From positions 1 through 64,000 of the forward strand of contig JAOZFI010000006.1 in NCBI GenBank assembly GCA_027491395.1: a stretch of 64,000 bases of DNA, written 5' to 3'. Position numbers and translations under genes: made by a program. Of the stretch, positions 39,451-49,723 are shown piece by piece; position 1 is the stretch's first letter; each line of letters starts with the position of its first letter. Under the pieces are notes generated by a model. It was not told the DNA's origin. It did no database searches and worked only from the letters and a program-made list of their open reading frames with translations. Source of the stretch: Thermoproteota archaeon (lineage in GTDB: Archaea > Korarchaeota > Korarchaeia > Korarchaeales > Korarchaeaceae).

Positions 39451-40635
39451 TTACCTTATGCCCATCTGGGCTAAGAGGTTTCTCATCTGCCTGAGGGGCA
39501 GAGCCATCTTCTTCACCACTTTGGTGTTCCCCCTAGCCCCCCCGTACTGCATCTCTATCTCTATGAGACCTTGCGACTCCAGCTCCCTCAATATGCCTGA
39601 GACCCTCCTCATAGTCAGTGGTTTCACCCCGTACAGGCTGGCTCTCTGCTCGTATGCCCGGTAGATGGTACCAGTTCCAGCCCTGACCACCGGTCGTTCG
39701 AGCACATCGGCAATGGCTGCTAGTATGAGCCTATGGTGGAGAGGTAGAGTCCTGACAGTTATTGACACCTCTTCCTCATTGACTGTGTCTACCGCCATGA
39801 TAGCATGCTCCTTCGTCAGCTTCTCAGCTCTCTCGTTCTCCGCTAGCTCGGCAGCCATCCTCAGAATGTCTATAGCCCTCCTGGCATCACCAGACTCCTG
39901 AGCCACCCTGCTAGCTATGTACTGTAGGGCCTCGTCCTCCCAAGTGCCGACCTTAAGCCCCAGATCCGCCCTCTGCCTGAGTATCTGATACAGCTGGGGA
40001 TGATTGTAGGGTGGGAACTGCAACCTGTTTGGTTCAAAGCTGCTCCTCTCTCTAGGATCAAGCCTCTCAAGGAAGTCCATTGTGTTGCTAATAACCACCA
40101 AGCTTATGCTCAACTCCTCAGGGAGGTCGTAGTTCAACCTAGTGAGGGCATAAAGCAGCCTCCCTCCATCCCTCTTAACCAACAAATCTACTTCGTCGAG
40201 AACTATCACCAGCCTAGAGTTTGAGGTCATGTAGGCATCGACGAATTTATCCCAGAGGACATCGAAGGGGTAGCCTGATGGTGGAACTAGGACTCCCAAG
40301 GACCGATTCAATTGATAAAGGACTCTATAGGCTGTGGTGGCTTGGCTGCAGTTCACATATGCGAATTTAGCCCTGAGATTCGGATACTCGTTCCTGTACT
40401 TCTTGATCACATGTTTCACTACGGCTGTTTTACCCGTACCGGGCTTCCCAATGAAAGCCACATCGCTTGGAGGCTGATCCACGAGTAGATCTGAGAGTAT
40501 CCTCGAGAATTGGAATATCTGCTCCTCCCTACCGGGCAAGGTATCAGGGATATAAGAGTCCCGGAGAACCCGCTTATCTTTAATTATGGTGTAGGACATG
40601 TAAGAGGTATCGATAAACGCCTCATCCAACGGCAT
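39451..40635 (-). CDS. cdc6: Orc1/Cdc6 replication initiator
   Basis: YIP..LPGRE.Q, GKPGTGKT, LDEVD, GDARRA, C-terminal wHTH with G.RG.T. Confidence 0.96.
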   Translation of the reverse strand: MPLDEAFIDTSYMSYTIIKDKRVLRDSYIPDTLPGREEQIFQFSRILSDLLVDQPPSDVAFIGKPGTGKTAVVKHVIKKYRNEYPNLRAKFAYVNCSQATTAYRVLYQLNRSLGVLVPPSGYPFDVLWDKFVDAYMTSNSRLVIVLDEVDLLVKRDGGRLLYALTRLNYDLPEELSISLVVISNTMDFLERLDPRERSSFEPNRLQFPPYNHPQLYQILRQRADLGLKVGTWEDEALQYIASRVAQESGDARRAIDILRMAAELAENERAEKLTKEHAIMAVDTVNEEEVSITVRTLPLHHRLILAAIADVLERPVVRAGTGTIYRAYEQRASLYGVKPLTMRRVSGILRELESQGLIEIEMQYGGARGNTKVVKKMALPLRQMRNLLAQMGIR

Positions 40636-40659
40636 CCGATCACTTCCCCTCCGCCCGGA

Positions 40660-40860
40660 CCTGAATAAGTTGTATTGCCTCTGGAGGATTTAAAGTTGGT
40701 GCCTTTTTAAAGGGAAAAGGTTCTAATGATAAGATGATAAGTTTCAGGTGATATAGCCTTATTATAATTAAGTGCGCAACATTTCCATTCCATCAACTCC
40801 GTAGGGAGTCTCCCCTATGGTTCAATTCCTTCAACTCCACGGGGCGTGTGATGGACCGGA
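40660..40860. other. Candidate replication origin upstream of cdc6
   Basis: AT-rich stretch plus two related ~22-bp repeats (40786-40808, 40824-40846) with ORB-like CC..GGA core on the minus strand. Confidence 0.45.
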
Positions 40861-40886
40861 AGTATAGTTATTTCAGGTCTGCAGCT

Positions 40887-41654
40887 CTAGTATTGGAACG
40901 GAAGGAGTTGAAACTGTGGCGTGAGTGTCCCCACCATTAGCCCTACGGTGATCACAATTATGGCATAGACTAGAAGGATCCAATCCCCCCTACCATAATC
41001 ATAGACTACATAGTTACTCCTCTTCTCTGTAGCCCCAAAGGCCTTAGTCTCTAAGGCCTCTGCCAGTTGATGACCTCTCCTTATCGCTATTATTATCATC
41101 GGGATCAATATGGGGATCAGCCTCCTTACCTTCTCCAAGAAGCTCCCCCTCTCCAGTTCATAACCTCTGCTAACTTGAGATGTGATGATCATTACCACAT
41201 CATCCGCCAAAACGGGTATGAACCTTAGGGCTATCACGAAGGAGAAGGTTATCTGAAGGGGGACTTTGAGCTTGGTCAGGAGGTCCCCTATCTCAGCCGG
41301 GCTAGTGCCTGTCATGAATATTGCCGAGGCTATTATCATGCTTACTAGCCTCAGCACCATCGCGAGGCTGAACTCCAGACTATGGGTAGTGAGGTAGTTT
41401 AGCACCACCAATACTACGATGAATAGGAGAGATGCCTTGAGGGACCTCTTCACCCTTCTCTCAGATCTTGATAGGATTATTAGTGGTGTTTGAGCCATGA
41501 GGGAGAATATCTGCATTAGGAGCGAGGCGCTGATGAGAGGAAGGGCTATGAATGAGGCGAAGAGTATGAGTTTCGTGAGGGGATTGAGCTTGGAGTATGA
41601 TGTTTCCCCCACCTGAGTCCTGAAAATCTCCACCATTCCCATAGGATCGAGCAC
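40887..41654 (-). CDS. ecfT: ECF transporter transmembrane subunit
   Basis: LNP.TK, ALRFIP, SQ.SRG, LAEALE motifs. Confidence 0.92.
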   Translation of the reverse strand: MLDPMGMVEIFRTQVGETSYSKLNPLTKLILFASFIALPLISASLLMQIFSLMAQTPLIILSRSERRVKRSLKASLLFIVVLVVLNYLTTHSLEFSLAMVLRLVSMIIASAIFMTGTSPAEIGDLLTKLKVPLQITFSFVIALRFIPVLADDVVMIITSQVSRGYELERGSFLEKVRRLIPILIPMIIIAIRRGHQLAEALETKAFGATEKRSNYVVYDYGRGDWILLVYAIIVITVGLMVGTLTPQFQLLPFQY

Positions 41655-42434
41655 TCAACCCACCTCCAGCAGAGAATCTACTATGTATCTGTATGGGGGT
41701 ATGAGGCCATTAGTAGCGAGATTCCTTATATCCGAGAAGATCTTCCTAGGGTCTCCTCCACCGATCACAACCCCGTAGCGAAGCACAAATACCAAATCAG
41801 GGCCGAGATCGTCCAACCACTCCAAGTCGTGGGTGACGATCACGACACCCTTACCCTCCCCCTTCATCCTTTTGAATATCTCCAATAAGGACTCCTTTGA
41901 GAGACTATCCTGTCCTATTGTGGGCTCATCTACCGCCAAGAACTCCGGCTTCATAGACAGGACGCACGCTATCGAGAGTCTCTTCATCTCACCACCGCTT
42001 AGTGACCAAGGACTCCTCTCTCTCAACTCCCAAAGGCCTACTTCCTCCAACGCCCACTTAACAGACTCTCTAATTTCTTCAGGGTCCATACCTATCGATT
42101 TAGGGCCGAAAGATACCTCTTCATATACGGTCTCGGAGAAGAACATATGCTCCGGGTTCTGGAAGACCAACCCAACTTTCTTGGACAGCTGAGCGACGCT
42201 GGCCTCTCTCGTGTCCACTCCATCCACGAGGACCCTCCCCTTCATCTCCCCCCTGTAGAAATGCGGTATCAATCCGTTCAAGAGCCTCAAGAGGGTCGAC
42301 TTGCCAGAGCCGTTCGGACCCACGATACCGTAGATCTTGCCCCTCTCTAGCTCTAGGCTGACATCTCTGAGGGCATTTATCCCACTTCCCTCGTACTTGA
42401 ACGTTACCTCTTCAACTTCGATCAATCCTAACAC
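41655..42434 (-). CDS. ecfA: ECF transporter ATPase
   Basis: GPNGSGKST, VFQNP, LSGGE, DEPT.GQD. Confidence 0.93.
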   Translation of the reverse strand: MLGLIEVEEVTFKYEGSGINALRDVSLELERGKIYGIVGPNGSGKSTLLRLLNGLIPHFYRGEMKGRVLVDGVDTREASVAQLSKKVGLVFQNPEHMFFSETVYEEVSFGPKSIGMDPEEIRESVKWALEEVGLWELRERSPWSLSGGEMKRLSIACVLSMKPEFLAVDEPTIGQDSLSKESLLEIFKRMKGEGKGVVIVTHDLEWLDDLGPDLVFVLRYGVVIGGGDPRKIFSDIRNLATNGLIPPYRYIVDSLLEVG

Positions 42435-43132
42435 CCCTCCTCAGAGCCACTATTAGCTCTCCCACTGCGAGCGGCTGGGCTCCCACTACCCCATACTTTC
42501 TAGCGAGCTTGACCACACTGGGAGGTCTGACCCCATGCAGCGAGATGTCTCCCCTGTAGAGCAGCTCCCTAGGATGGCCCTCCCTTACTATCCTCCCATT
42601 GGAAATCACTATCATCCTATTAGCCTTTGGGGCGAAGAGGTCGAGCCTATGCTCAGCAACTACCACAGTCACCCCTTCCCTGTTCAGGTTTCCCAGCACC
42701 TTAGCGATCCGCGCAGAGCTGAATGGATCCAACTCACTTGTGGGTTCATCCAGCACGATAACATCGGGCTTCATAGCTAGGACTGAGGCGATGGCCACTA
42801 GTTGCTTCTCTCCACCGCTTAGCTCGGCTGTGCTCCTCTTTCTCAGGTGTTCTATTCCCAATTTCTTGAGGACCTCATCTATTCTCCCGACGATCTCGTC
42901 CCTAGGCAGCCCCAAGTTCTCGAGACCGAATGCTATCTCCCTGTCTACTCTGAGCGTCACGATCTGATTGTCCGGGTTCTGGAAGACCAACCCAACTTTC
43001 TTAGACAGCTGAGCGACGCTGGCCTCTCTCGTGTCCACTCCATCCACGAGGACCTTCCCCTTCATCTCCCCCCTGTAGAAATGCGGTATCAATCCGTTCA
43101 AGAGCCTCAAGAGGGTCGACTTGCCAGAGCCG
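42151..43132. repeat. 162-bp near-identical direct repeat (42151-42312 and 42971-43132)
   Basis: Only 2 mismatches seen by eye; lies within the two ATPase genes. Confidence 0.9.
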
Positions 43133-43254
43133 CTGAGTCCGGCTATCAGGAGAAACTCACCTCTATCTATCTCCAAGCTGACCTCGGACAGCGCTGGTCT
43201 CTTACTGCCCTCGTAACGGAAGGTCACGTCTTCTATTTTAAGCATCGGGGCCAC
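42412..43254 (-). CDS. ecfA: ECF transporter ATPase (second)
   Basis: GLSGSGKST, VFQNPDNQ, LSGGE, LDEPTSELD. Confidence 0.93.
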   Translation of the reverse strand: MAPMLKIEDVTFRYEGSKRPALSEVSLEIDRGEFLLIAGLSGSGKSTLLRLLNGLIPHFYRGEMKGKVLVDGVDTREASVAQLSKKVGLVFQNPDNQIVTLRVDREIAFGLENLGLPRDEIVGRIDEVLKKLGIEHLRKRSTAELSGGEKQLVAIASVLAMKPDVIVLDEPTSELDPFSSARIAKVLGNLNREGVTVVVAEHRLDLFAPKANRMIVISNGRIVREGHPRELLYRGDISLHGVRPPSVVKLARKYGVVGAQPLAVGELIVALRRGVRIDRS

Positions 43255-43315
43255 ATGCTCACACTGTCAAAAAAGATTATAATACCTCCCACTGCCATCC
43301 AGCTGAGGGATCCAA

Positions 43316-43969
43316 ATGCCTAGGAGGAGAGCGCGCAGAAAGGGACCGGCCAAGACGTGGTACCAAGTCCACGCTGTAGATATCTTCCCGAACCAGTGGA
43401 TCGGCGAGACCCCGGCTAGCGACCCCGAAAAGCTCATGGATCGGAATGTGGAGGTGGTGGTGAGGGACATAACCGGGGACTTCATGCACGAGAAGTACAA
43501 GCTGTGGTTCAGGATCTTCAAGGTCGACGGTAACAAGGCCTACGCTCGCTTCGTGAAGGAGATGCTGAACAGGGACTACATGAGATCCATAGTCCAGAGG
43601 AGGAGCTCTAGGATAGATATACAATCCGAAGGAGTGACCAAGGACGGTAATGAGATCCGCATCTTCACCCTCATCGTCACAGCAGTGAGGATCAGGAGCA
43701 GTCAGAAGAGCGCCATAAGGAAGAGGGTCGACGAGTATGTGAGGAGCCTCATCCCAGAGTACACGGTGGAGGAATTGGTCAAGTCGTATATATTCGGGGA
43801 ACCGGTACCCGTAGTCTCTGAGATCCAGAGGATAGCCTCTAAGGTCGCTCCCATAAAGTACGTGGAGCTCAGGAAGATGGTCATACTGAAACCTGCTGAG
43901 GCTCCGGAGATACTGGCAGGGGTGGAGCAGGAGGTTGAAAGCAGCACTACTGGCAGCGGGGAAGGGTAA
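43316..43969 (+). CDS. rps3ae: 30S ribosomal protein S3Ae (eS1)
   Basis: K.WY, IGETPA.DP..L..R, RDY.RS.V.RR.S.ID, E.RK motifs. Confidence 0.93.
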   Translation: MPRRRARRKGPAKTWYQVHAVDIFPNQWIGETPASDPEKLMDRNVEVVVRDITGDFMHEKYKLWFRIFKVDGNKAYARFVKEMLNRDYMRSIVQRRSSRIDIQSEGVTKDGNEIRIFTLIVTAVRIRSSQKSAIRKRVDEYVRSLIPEYTVEELVKSYIFGEPVPVVSEIQRIASKVAPIKYVELRKMVILKPAEAPEILAGVEQEVESSTTGSGEG

Positions 43970-44990
43970 GAGGTTACGACCAGCCACTGAAGCGAGGCCA
44001 AAGCCCCTCCTACCTATAGCCGGTTCCACTCTTTTTGAATACAACTTCTCCCTAATTTCCGACCTACAGGTATACGCGGTCGTGAGCTACAGGAAGGAAC
44101 TATTTATCGACCTGTCCCAGCACCTCAATTTCAAGGTTGTGGACCAAGGCAAACCCATGGGAACGGGTCATGCAGTGATGAAACTCGGAGACGAGGTGAA
44201 GGACGACATCCTACTCATCTACGCGGACATCTACCTCCCTCCTGACTCTGTTGAGAGGATCCTGTCCTACCGCGACAGGTATGACCACGTGGTGGCAGTC
44301 ACACCGGTGGAGAGGCCTTGGGAATTCGGGGTGGTGGAGATATCTTCAGGTCTTCTGAAGAGGATAGTGGAGAAGCCTAAAAGGGGCGAAGAGCCCTCGA
44401 ACCTGATAGTGGCTGGGGCCTTCTTCCTCTCCCAGTCAATCTTCGATCACCTGATGGATGTGACCCTCTCTCCTAGGGGGGAGATAGAGCTGACGGACGC
44501 CCTTACGCTAGCTGCTTCGCGAGGGGAGAGGGTTGGAGTAGTCACTATTTCACCTTGGGTGGACGCGGGAAGACCGTCAGACTTCTTGCTAGCCCAGAAG
44601 TATCTGATGAACGATTTGATCAGTGGCGAAAGGTCACCTCCGGAGGGGTACGTCTTGGAGGGGGACATACTCATATCGAGCACGGGGGTCATAGAGAGCT
44701 CGGAGCTGGAAGGACCTTCGGTGGTGGCGGGGCTGCTGAGGGAATCGACCTTAGGCCCTTACTCATATTTGGAGGCCGGTTCTCGTGTCACGAACTCGAA
44801 GGTCCTCAACTCCATAGTGATGAGGGGCTCATCGGTCCTCAAATCTGAGGTGACGGATTCCCTGATCGCAGACGATGGGGTGGTCGAGGGGAGTACCCTC
44901 ACGAGCTCAGTTACCGCACCATCTTCCCGCATCGTCAATTGCGAGATAGAAGGGGAGAAGGTATGGGAGAGTAGGATGTGCATCACTTAG
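43935..44990 (+). CDS. Sugar-phosphate nucleotidyltransferase with C-terminal beta-helix
   Basis: LLAAGKGKRLRP.T..RPKPL, GTGHA, VEKP, RGEIELTD. Confidence 0.9.
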   Translation: MKAALLAAGKGKRLRPATEARPKPLLPIAGSTLFEYNFSLISDLQVYAVVSYRKELFIDLSQHLNFKVVDQGKPMGTGHAVMKLGDEVKDDILLIYADIYLPPDSVERILSYRDRYDHVVAVTPVERPWEFGVVEISSGLLKRIVEKPKRGEEPSNLIVAGAFFLSQSIFDHLMDVTLSPRGEIELTDALTLAASRGERVGVVTISPWVDAGRPSDFLLAQKYLMNDLISGERSPPEGYVLEGDILISSTGVIESSELEGPSVVAGLLRESTLGPYSYLEAGSRVTNSKVLNSIVMRGSSVLKSEVTDSLIADDGVVEGSTLTSSVTAPSSRIVNCEIEGEKVWESRMCIT

Positions 44991-46176
44991 CGGCCACTAT
45001 CTTCACGACATCCCTGTGCCTCAACACGTAGTCTAGGGATATCCTCCTCTTCCCCCTAACATCGATCCCGTAAAGGGCCTTCTTAGCTATCTCACTGTGG
45101 ATCTTCTCAGCCAGATCCCTGACCGTCGCATCCTTGGGAAGCAGTATGGCATCCGGGAGGATGTTCCCATCCTTGTCAGACAGCTTAGTCTCGTTCTCAA
45201 CTGGGAAAACGACCTTCATACCGAGTACATCATAAACAGCAGCTTCCAGCGTCACCTGAACCCCAGTACTCCCGTATCTCTTCAGCACCCTCTCCCTAAT
45301 GGCCTCCAGAGCCTTTAACTGAGCCTTAGTGAGTCTGGACTCATCCACCACATCGAAGTCAGGATCTCCTGGCTCGTACCTGACGAGTCCCGCCTTTGCT
45401 GCCTTCCTCAGGATGAGCTCGGCCTCAGCCGACACAGGAATTACGGGCTCCTCAAGAACTTCTCTCATCCTCCTGACATTATCCTCTGCTTCCAGCACAT
45501 CCACCTTGTTAGCTGCTACCACGAAGGGCTTCCCCCTCCTCAAGATCTCCCTCGAGAATTCGATCAGGTCCTCATTGCTCCAGTCTAGGGGGGATTTCTC
45601 CAGCGACAGTTCCCTAAGCACAACCTTGATGATTTCCCTATCTATATCCAGTCCCGAGAGGACCTCGTGAAGCGCCGCATCAACCGATGAGCCGGCCACT
45701 ATCCTCCCCCTGATCTTACTTTTGGATCTCTCGATGATGGACGCCACCCAGAGAGCGAACTCCTCCTTCACTATCATAACATCCTCTATGGGATCGTGAC
45801 TGGAGGCGGGTACGGGATTGCCCTCTTCATCGGTGGAGCCCGAGGCGTCCACCACGATCACGTTCACGTTGGCCCTCCTTAAGTCATCTAGAAACTTATT
45901 TCCGAGCCCCCTTCCCTTAGACGCTCCCTTCACCAATCCAGCGACGTCCAAGAGCTTCACCGGAACGTATCTGTACCTACCGTTGCACCAACCGTACTTC
46001 GGATCACACTTCACCCCGAACTCGGTGCACACGGACTTGACCCTCACATACCCCACGCCCTCGTTCGGATTTATCGTGACGAAAGGTCGATTTTCCCTCT
46101 CTGCCTCCACTAGGGTAGCAGCTGAGAAGAAAGTGGTCTTACCGACGTTCGTCTTTCCGACCAAGCCTACTAGCAT
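44983..46176 (-). CDS. ychF: YchF/Obg-family ATPase with TGS domain
   Basis: GKTNVGKTT, PFVTI.PN.G, DVAGLV.GA..GRGLGN.FL, C-terminal TGS. Confidence 0.92.
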   Translation of the reverse strand: MLVGLVGKTNVGKTTFFSAATLVEAERENRPFVTINPNEGVGYVRVKSVCTEFGVKCDPKYGWCNGRYRYVPVKLLDVAGLVKGASKGRGLGNKFLDDLRRANVNVIVVDASGSTDEEGNPVPASSHDPIEDVMIVKEEFALWVASIIERSKSKIRGRIVAGSSVDAALHEVLSGLDIDREIIKVVLRELSLEKSPLDWSNEDLIEFSREILRRGKPFVVAANKVDVLEAEDNVRRMREVLEEPVIPVSAEAELILRKAAKAGLVRYEPGDPDFDVVDESRLTKAQLKALEAIRERVLKRYGSTGVQVTLEAAVYDVLGMKVVFPVENETKLSDKDGNILPDAILLPKDATVRDLAEKIHSEIAKKALYGIDVRGKRRISLDYVLRHRDVVKIVAAK

Positions 46177-46241
46177 CCCGCCTTCTCGAACTATCAAATT
46201 TTAAAATCCACCAGTGGAGGGCCTGAGTGCAGGGTGTAAAC

Positions 46242-46844
46242 TTGGTAGTTGCAGGAAGGTACATGGAGAAACTGGTCTGGAGGAGACGCAAGGAGGATCC
46301 GGACCTAGTCAAGCTCTGGAAGGATAGGCTGATACGGTGGAGGAGGGAGCCAGCGATAGTCAGAGTGGAGAGGCCCACCAGAATAGATAGGGCAAGGGCT
46401 CTAGGGTACAGGGCCAAACAGGGATTCGTAGTGGTGAGAGTCAGGGTCAGGAAGGGCGGTAGGAGGAAGGGAAGGCCGAGATCCGGTAGGAAGCCCGCGG
46501 GACTGGGTATTCTAAAATTGACCCCCGGTAAGAGCATAAGGTGGATAGCTGAGGAGAGGGCTGCGAGGAAGTTCCCTAACTTGGAGGTCCTCAACTCTTA
46601 TTATGTCGCCGAGGACGGCAAGTACTATTGGTACGAAGTGATAATGGTCGATCCCCATCACCCGGTCATAAAGGCCGACCCTAGGATCAACTGGATACTC
46701 AACCCCGCCAACAAGAGGAGGGTGTTCAGGGGCCTCACGAGCGCCGGTAAGAAATCTAGGGGGTTAAGGGCTTCTAGAGGGATACCTGACATAGTCAGGA
46801 GGTTCAAGCGCAAGAGGAAGCTTGCTAGGAAACCGGGGGCCTGA
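46242..46844 (+). CDS. rpl15e: 50S ribosomal protein L15e
   Basis: [38 protein letters not shown]; start codon uncertain. Confidence 0.96.
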   Translation: MVVAGRYMEKLVWRRRKEDPDLVKLWKDRLIRWRREPAIVRVERPTRIDRARALGYRAKQGFVVVRVRVRKGGRRKGRPRSGRKPAGLGILKLTPGKSIRWIAEERAARKFPNLEVLNSYYVAEDGKYYWYEVIMVDPHHPVIKADPRINWILNPANKRRVFRGLTSAGKKSRGLRASRGIPDIVRRFKRKRKLARKPGA

Positions 46845-46849
46845 GCGAT

Positions 46850-47302
46850 TTGCGGCCCCTCGCCCTCTCCTCTGCAGAGATCAACACAATGGTATATCCC
46901 ACGGAATTGGAGGAGAGGGTGAGAGATCTCCTCTTCGCACTTGCAGGAGGGGAAGGCGACCTCAAACTCAAGGAGGAGAAGTTCACAAGCCATTACGGCT
47001 ACTCTTTCAAGATACTAACGGTTAAACTCGGGAAAGAAGCGGCGGAATCCCTTCTGAAGCGTGTTATCTGCTTCTTGGAGGAGCTCGACTTCCTCTCTCT
47101 GATGAATACACTGGAAAGTCACGTGGATGGAAGGGATCTCTATATAAGGCTTGATAAACAGGGGCTAGCGCTGGGTAGGTATGAGCTATTCTCGGGAGGT
47201 CTAGGAGGCTATGTGAGGATCAAGCTGACATTCAGGAAGAAAGTGAACGACCTGAAATCCTTGCTTAGAGAGGTGAGGGAAGGCCGGTGCCCCGCTACAT
47301 AG
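46850..47302 (+). CDS. Predicted RNA-binding protein of the exosome superoperon
   Basis: PTE..ERV, SHYG, LYIRLDKQ motifs; position after rpl15e. Confidence 0.8.
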   Translation: MRPLALSSAEINTMVYPTELEERVRDLLFALAGGEGDLKLKEEKFTSHYGYSFKILTVKLGKEAAESLLKRVICFLEELDFLSLMNTLESHVDGRDLYIRLDKQGLALGRYELFSGGLGGYVRIKLTFRKKVNDLKSLLREVREGRCPAT

Positions 47303-47940
47303 ATATAATAGCACCTGAGAGTGAGGAACAACTCGAACTGATGGTTAATAGAGCAATTTCGCTTGGGTTCGGTGCGGTAGGGATTGTCGGAGAATTTTCT
47401 GACCTTCCCAGCGGAACCTTCAGGGTCTCCATAGTGGGGCCATCCTCCATTCCTCAAGAAGCGAGGAAGATAAGGAGTAAGGTGAGGCTTCTCCTGTCCT
47501 CGCCCAAGACCCTCGAAGAGTCGAGGAAGGTCACTTTCAGCAAGCTCGTGGACGGTGTCGTCGCGAGCTACGATACTGGTAGGCCCAATTTCGATTACGT
47601 ATCGGCGAAGCAGCTCAAGAGGAATGAAGGGACACTCTTGGTTCCGGTAGCATGGATGATCAGGAAAATGCTCGAGGAACCTCATGTGATCCGGAACGTT
47701 CGGCTGGAGGTTAGGATCGCTCTTAAAGCGGGATTATACCCCGTGATTGCCTCCATGGCTAGAGATATCAGAGAAGTGGTGCCTCCTCGTCTACTCGCCT
47801 CATTCGGCGAGTTCATTTTAGACCTGAAGAGGGACCAGGCCAAATCCATGGTAAAGGACTTCCCATCCTATCTCATCAGCGAGGAGAGGAGGCTTAGAAC
47901 CAAGGGAGTTGCCTTGGATGAAGTTCAGGGTTCCCATTGA
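47287..47940 (+). CDS. rnp3: RNase P protein Rpp30
   Basis: PHP-like fold features; conserved position in the superoperon. Confidence 0.7.
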   Translation: MPRYIDIIAPESEEQLELMVNRAISLGFGAVGIVGEFSDLPSGTFRVSIVGPSSIPQEARKIRSKVRLLLSSPKTLEESRKVTFSKLVDGVVASYDTGRPNFDYVSAKQLKRNEGTLLVPVAWMIRKMLEEPHVIRNVRLEVRIALKAGLYPVIASMARDIREVVPPRLLASFGEFILDLKRDQAKSMVKDFPSYLISEERRLRTKGVALDEVQGSH

Positions 47941-48256
47941 ACTAAAAGAGAGGCGGAGGTACATCTGCGTGTATGCACCGGTTTCCAAGTCCGATCTGAA
48001 TAAGGCCCTAAAGAGGAGGTTGAGGGAGTTATCGGGGATTAAGGGGTGCGGTATCTATAGATTCACCCTGCTCTCTCTGGGGAATGGCCTCTTCCTAGTT
48101 AGGACAACCGAAGCCTCCTTGTCCGCCTTACTCACGGCCCTCCTCATAAACAGATATGAGGACTTCCCCTCACTGGAAGTTAGAGGGATCTCGGGCACCC
48201 TAAGGAAGGCGGAGGAGTTATGCGCCGTTCCTCCCAATGTCAAGCGACGTAGTTGA
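47909..48256 (+). CDS. rnp2: RNase P protein Pop5/Rpp14
   Basis: KERRRY, GISGTLRKA motifs. Confidence 0.85.
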   Translation: MPWMKFRVPIELKERRRYICVYAPVSKSDLNKALKRRLRELSGIKGCGIYRFTLLSLGNGLFLVRTTEASLSALLTALLINRYEDFPSLEVRGISGTLRKAEELCAVPPNVKRRS

Positions 48257-48329
48257 TCGTGATCACGGAGGGAAAACTCTTTATGTCCTAGGACTTTTCA
48301 ATGACTGAACATCCTAGTGGGGTGGACAA

Positions 48330-49040
48330 ATGTTTCCACAGGTTACAGGGTATGATAGAGCGATTACAGTCTTCAGTCCTGATGGCAGACTCCTCCAGGT
48401 GGAGTACGCTCTTTCTGCCACTAAGAGGACCCCTCTGGCCTTGGGTATAAAATGCAAGGACGGAGTGGTCCTCCTAGCCGTGAGGAAGTACATCTCTCCG
48501 TTGGCTACCCCTCCCGAGAAGATATACAAGATAGACAACCACATAGGCGCGATTGCTGCAGGTCTGGTGGGCGACGGCCTCGTCCTCATAGAGAGGGGAA
48601 GGCTCGAGGCCCAGTACAACAGGCTCATCTACGGTGAGCCCATAACCGTGAAGAACTTGGCTAAGAGGATTGCTGTTCACAAGCAGCAGTTTACCCAGTA
48701 TGCCGGTCTAAGACCGTTCGGCGTCATGATGATGATAGGGGGCATAGATGAGGAGCCTGAACTCTACGTGACCCATCCGGGCGGGGCCTTCTACGACTAC
48801 GCGGCCTTCGCGGTTGGAAAGAACTCCGACAAGGTGAACGAGACCCTGAAACAGACATACAAAGAGGGTATGTCCCTAGAGGAGTGCTTGAAGTACGCTA
48901 TAAAGCTGATAATGGAGGCAGAGGAAGGAGAGGTGACCGCGGACTCGTTAGAGATTGCGGTCATAGACAGAGAGACGAAGAAGTTCAGAAAGCTGTCCAG
49001 AGATGAGCTTGAAGAGTATGTAAAGGCCGCGAAGGGGTGA
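48330..49040 (+). CDS. psmA: Proteasome alpha subunit
   Basis: YDRAITVFSPDGRL.QVEYA, RPFG. Confidence 0.97.
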   Translation: MFPQVTGYDRAITVFSPDGRLLQVEYALSATKRTPLALGIKCKDGVVLLAVRKYISPLATPPEKIYKIDNHIGAIAAGLVGDGLVLIERGRLEAQYNRLIYGEPITVKNLAKRIAVHKQQFTQYAGLRPFGVMMMIGGIDEEPELYVTHPGGAFYDYAAFAVGKNSDKVNETLKQTYKEGMSLEECLKYAIKLIMEAEEGEVTADSLEIAVIDRETKKFRKLSRDELEEYVKAAKG

Positions 49041-49045
49041 TTTAG

Positions 49046-49723
49046 GTGCCCGAGCCGGTAATAGCGAGGATCACTCGGGCCGGAAAGAGGTTCGAGATAT
49101 ATGTGTATCCAGAGAAGGCCTATCAGTTTCGGGAAGGCAGGTCAGTAGATGTGAGAAGCATTCTGGCAGTGGAGAACGTGTTCACGGACGCCAGAAAGGC
49201 TCTGAAGGCCTCCTCAACCGATCTCAAGAAGGCCTTCGGAACTACCGATCCCTACGAGATAGCCGAGATAATCCTTAAGGAGGGGGAGGTCCAGCTGACT
49301 GCGGAGTATAGAAAGAAGCTTCAGGAGGAGAAGACTCGCTGGATAGTCAACTACATACACAAGAACTTCGTCGATCCACAGACCAACCTCCCACATCCCG
49401 TATCTAGGATACAGAAGGCCCTGAAGGAGGCTAAAGTGAAGATAGATCCAATGAAGGAGCCCGAGCAACAGGTCAAGGAGGTAGTGGAGCAGCTTAGGAA
49501 GATACTCCCCCTAAAGAGCGGTCAGGTCAGAATGACTGTGATCGTTCCCGCTTCGGTGTGGGCCAAGGCGAGATCCCTCTTGGCTGGTCAGGGGAGCATA
49601 CTGTCGGAGAAGTGGTCTGACGACGGGACCCAAGTCACCTTCAAGGTGGAGCTCCCCATAGGGGCCCAGATGCTCGTCTTGGAGAGGATAGGAGAGATGG
49701 GAGGCCAGGCGAAAGTTGAGTGA
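49046..49723 (+). CDS. Ribosome maturation protein SBDS
   Basis: G.RFEI, VF.DA.K, AFGT.D, GE.QLT, P.T..PHP..RI. Confidence 0.95.
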   Translation: MPEPVIARITRAGKRFEIYVYPEKAYQFREGRSVDVRSILAVENVFTDARKALKASSTDLKKAFGTTDPYEIAEIILKEGEVQLTAEYRKKLQEEKTRWIVNYIHKNFVDPQTNLPHPVSRIQKALKEAKVKIDPMKEPEQQVKEVVEQLRKILPLKSGQVRMTVIVPASVWAKARSLLAGQGSILSEKWSDDGTQVTFKVELPIGAQMLVLERIGEMGGQAKVE

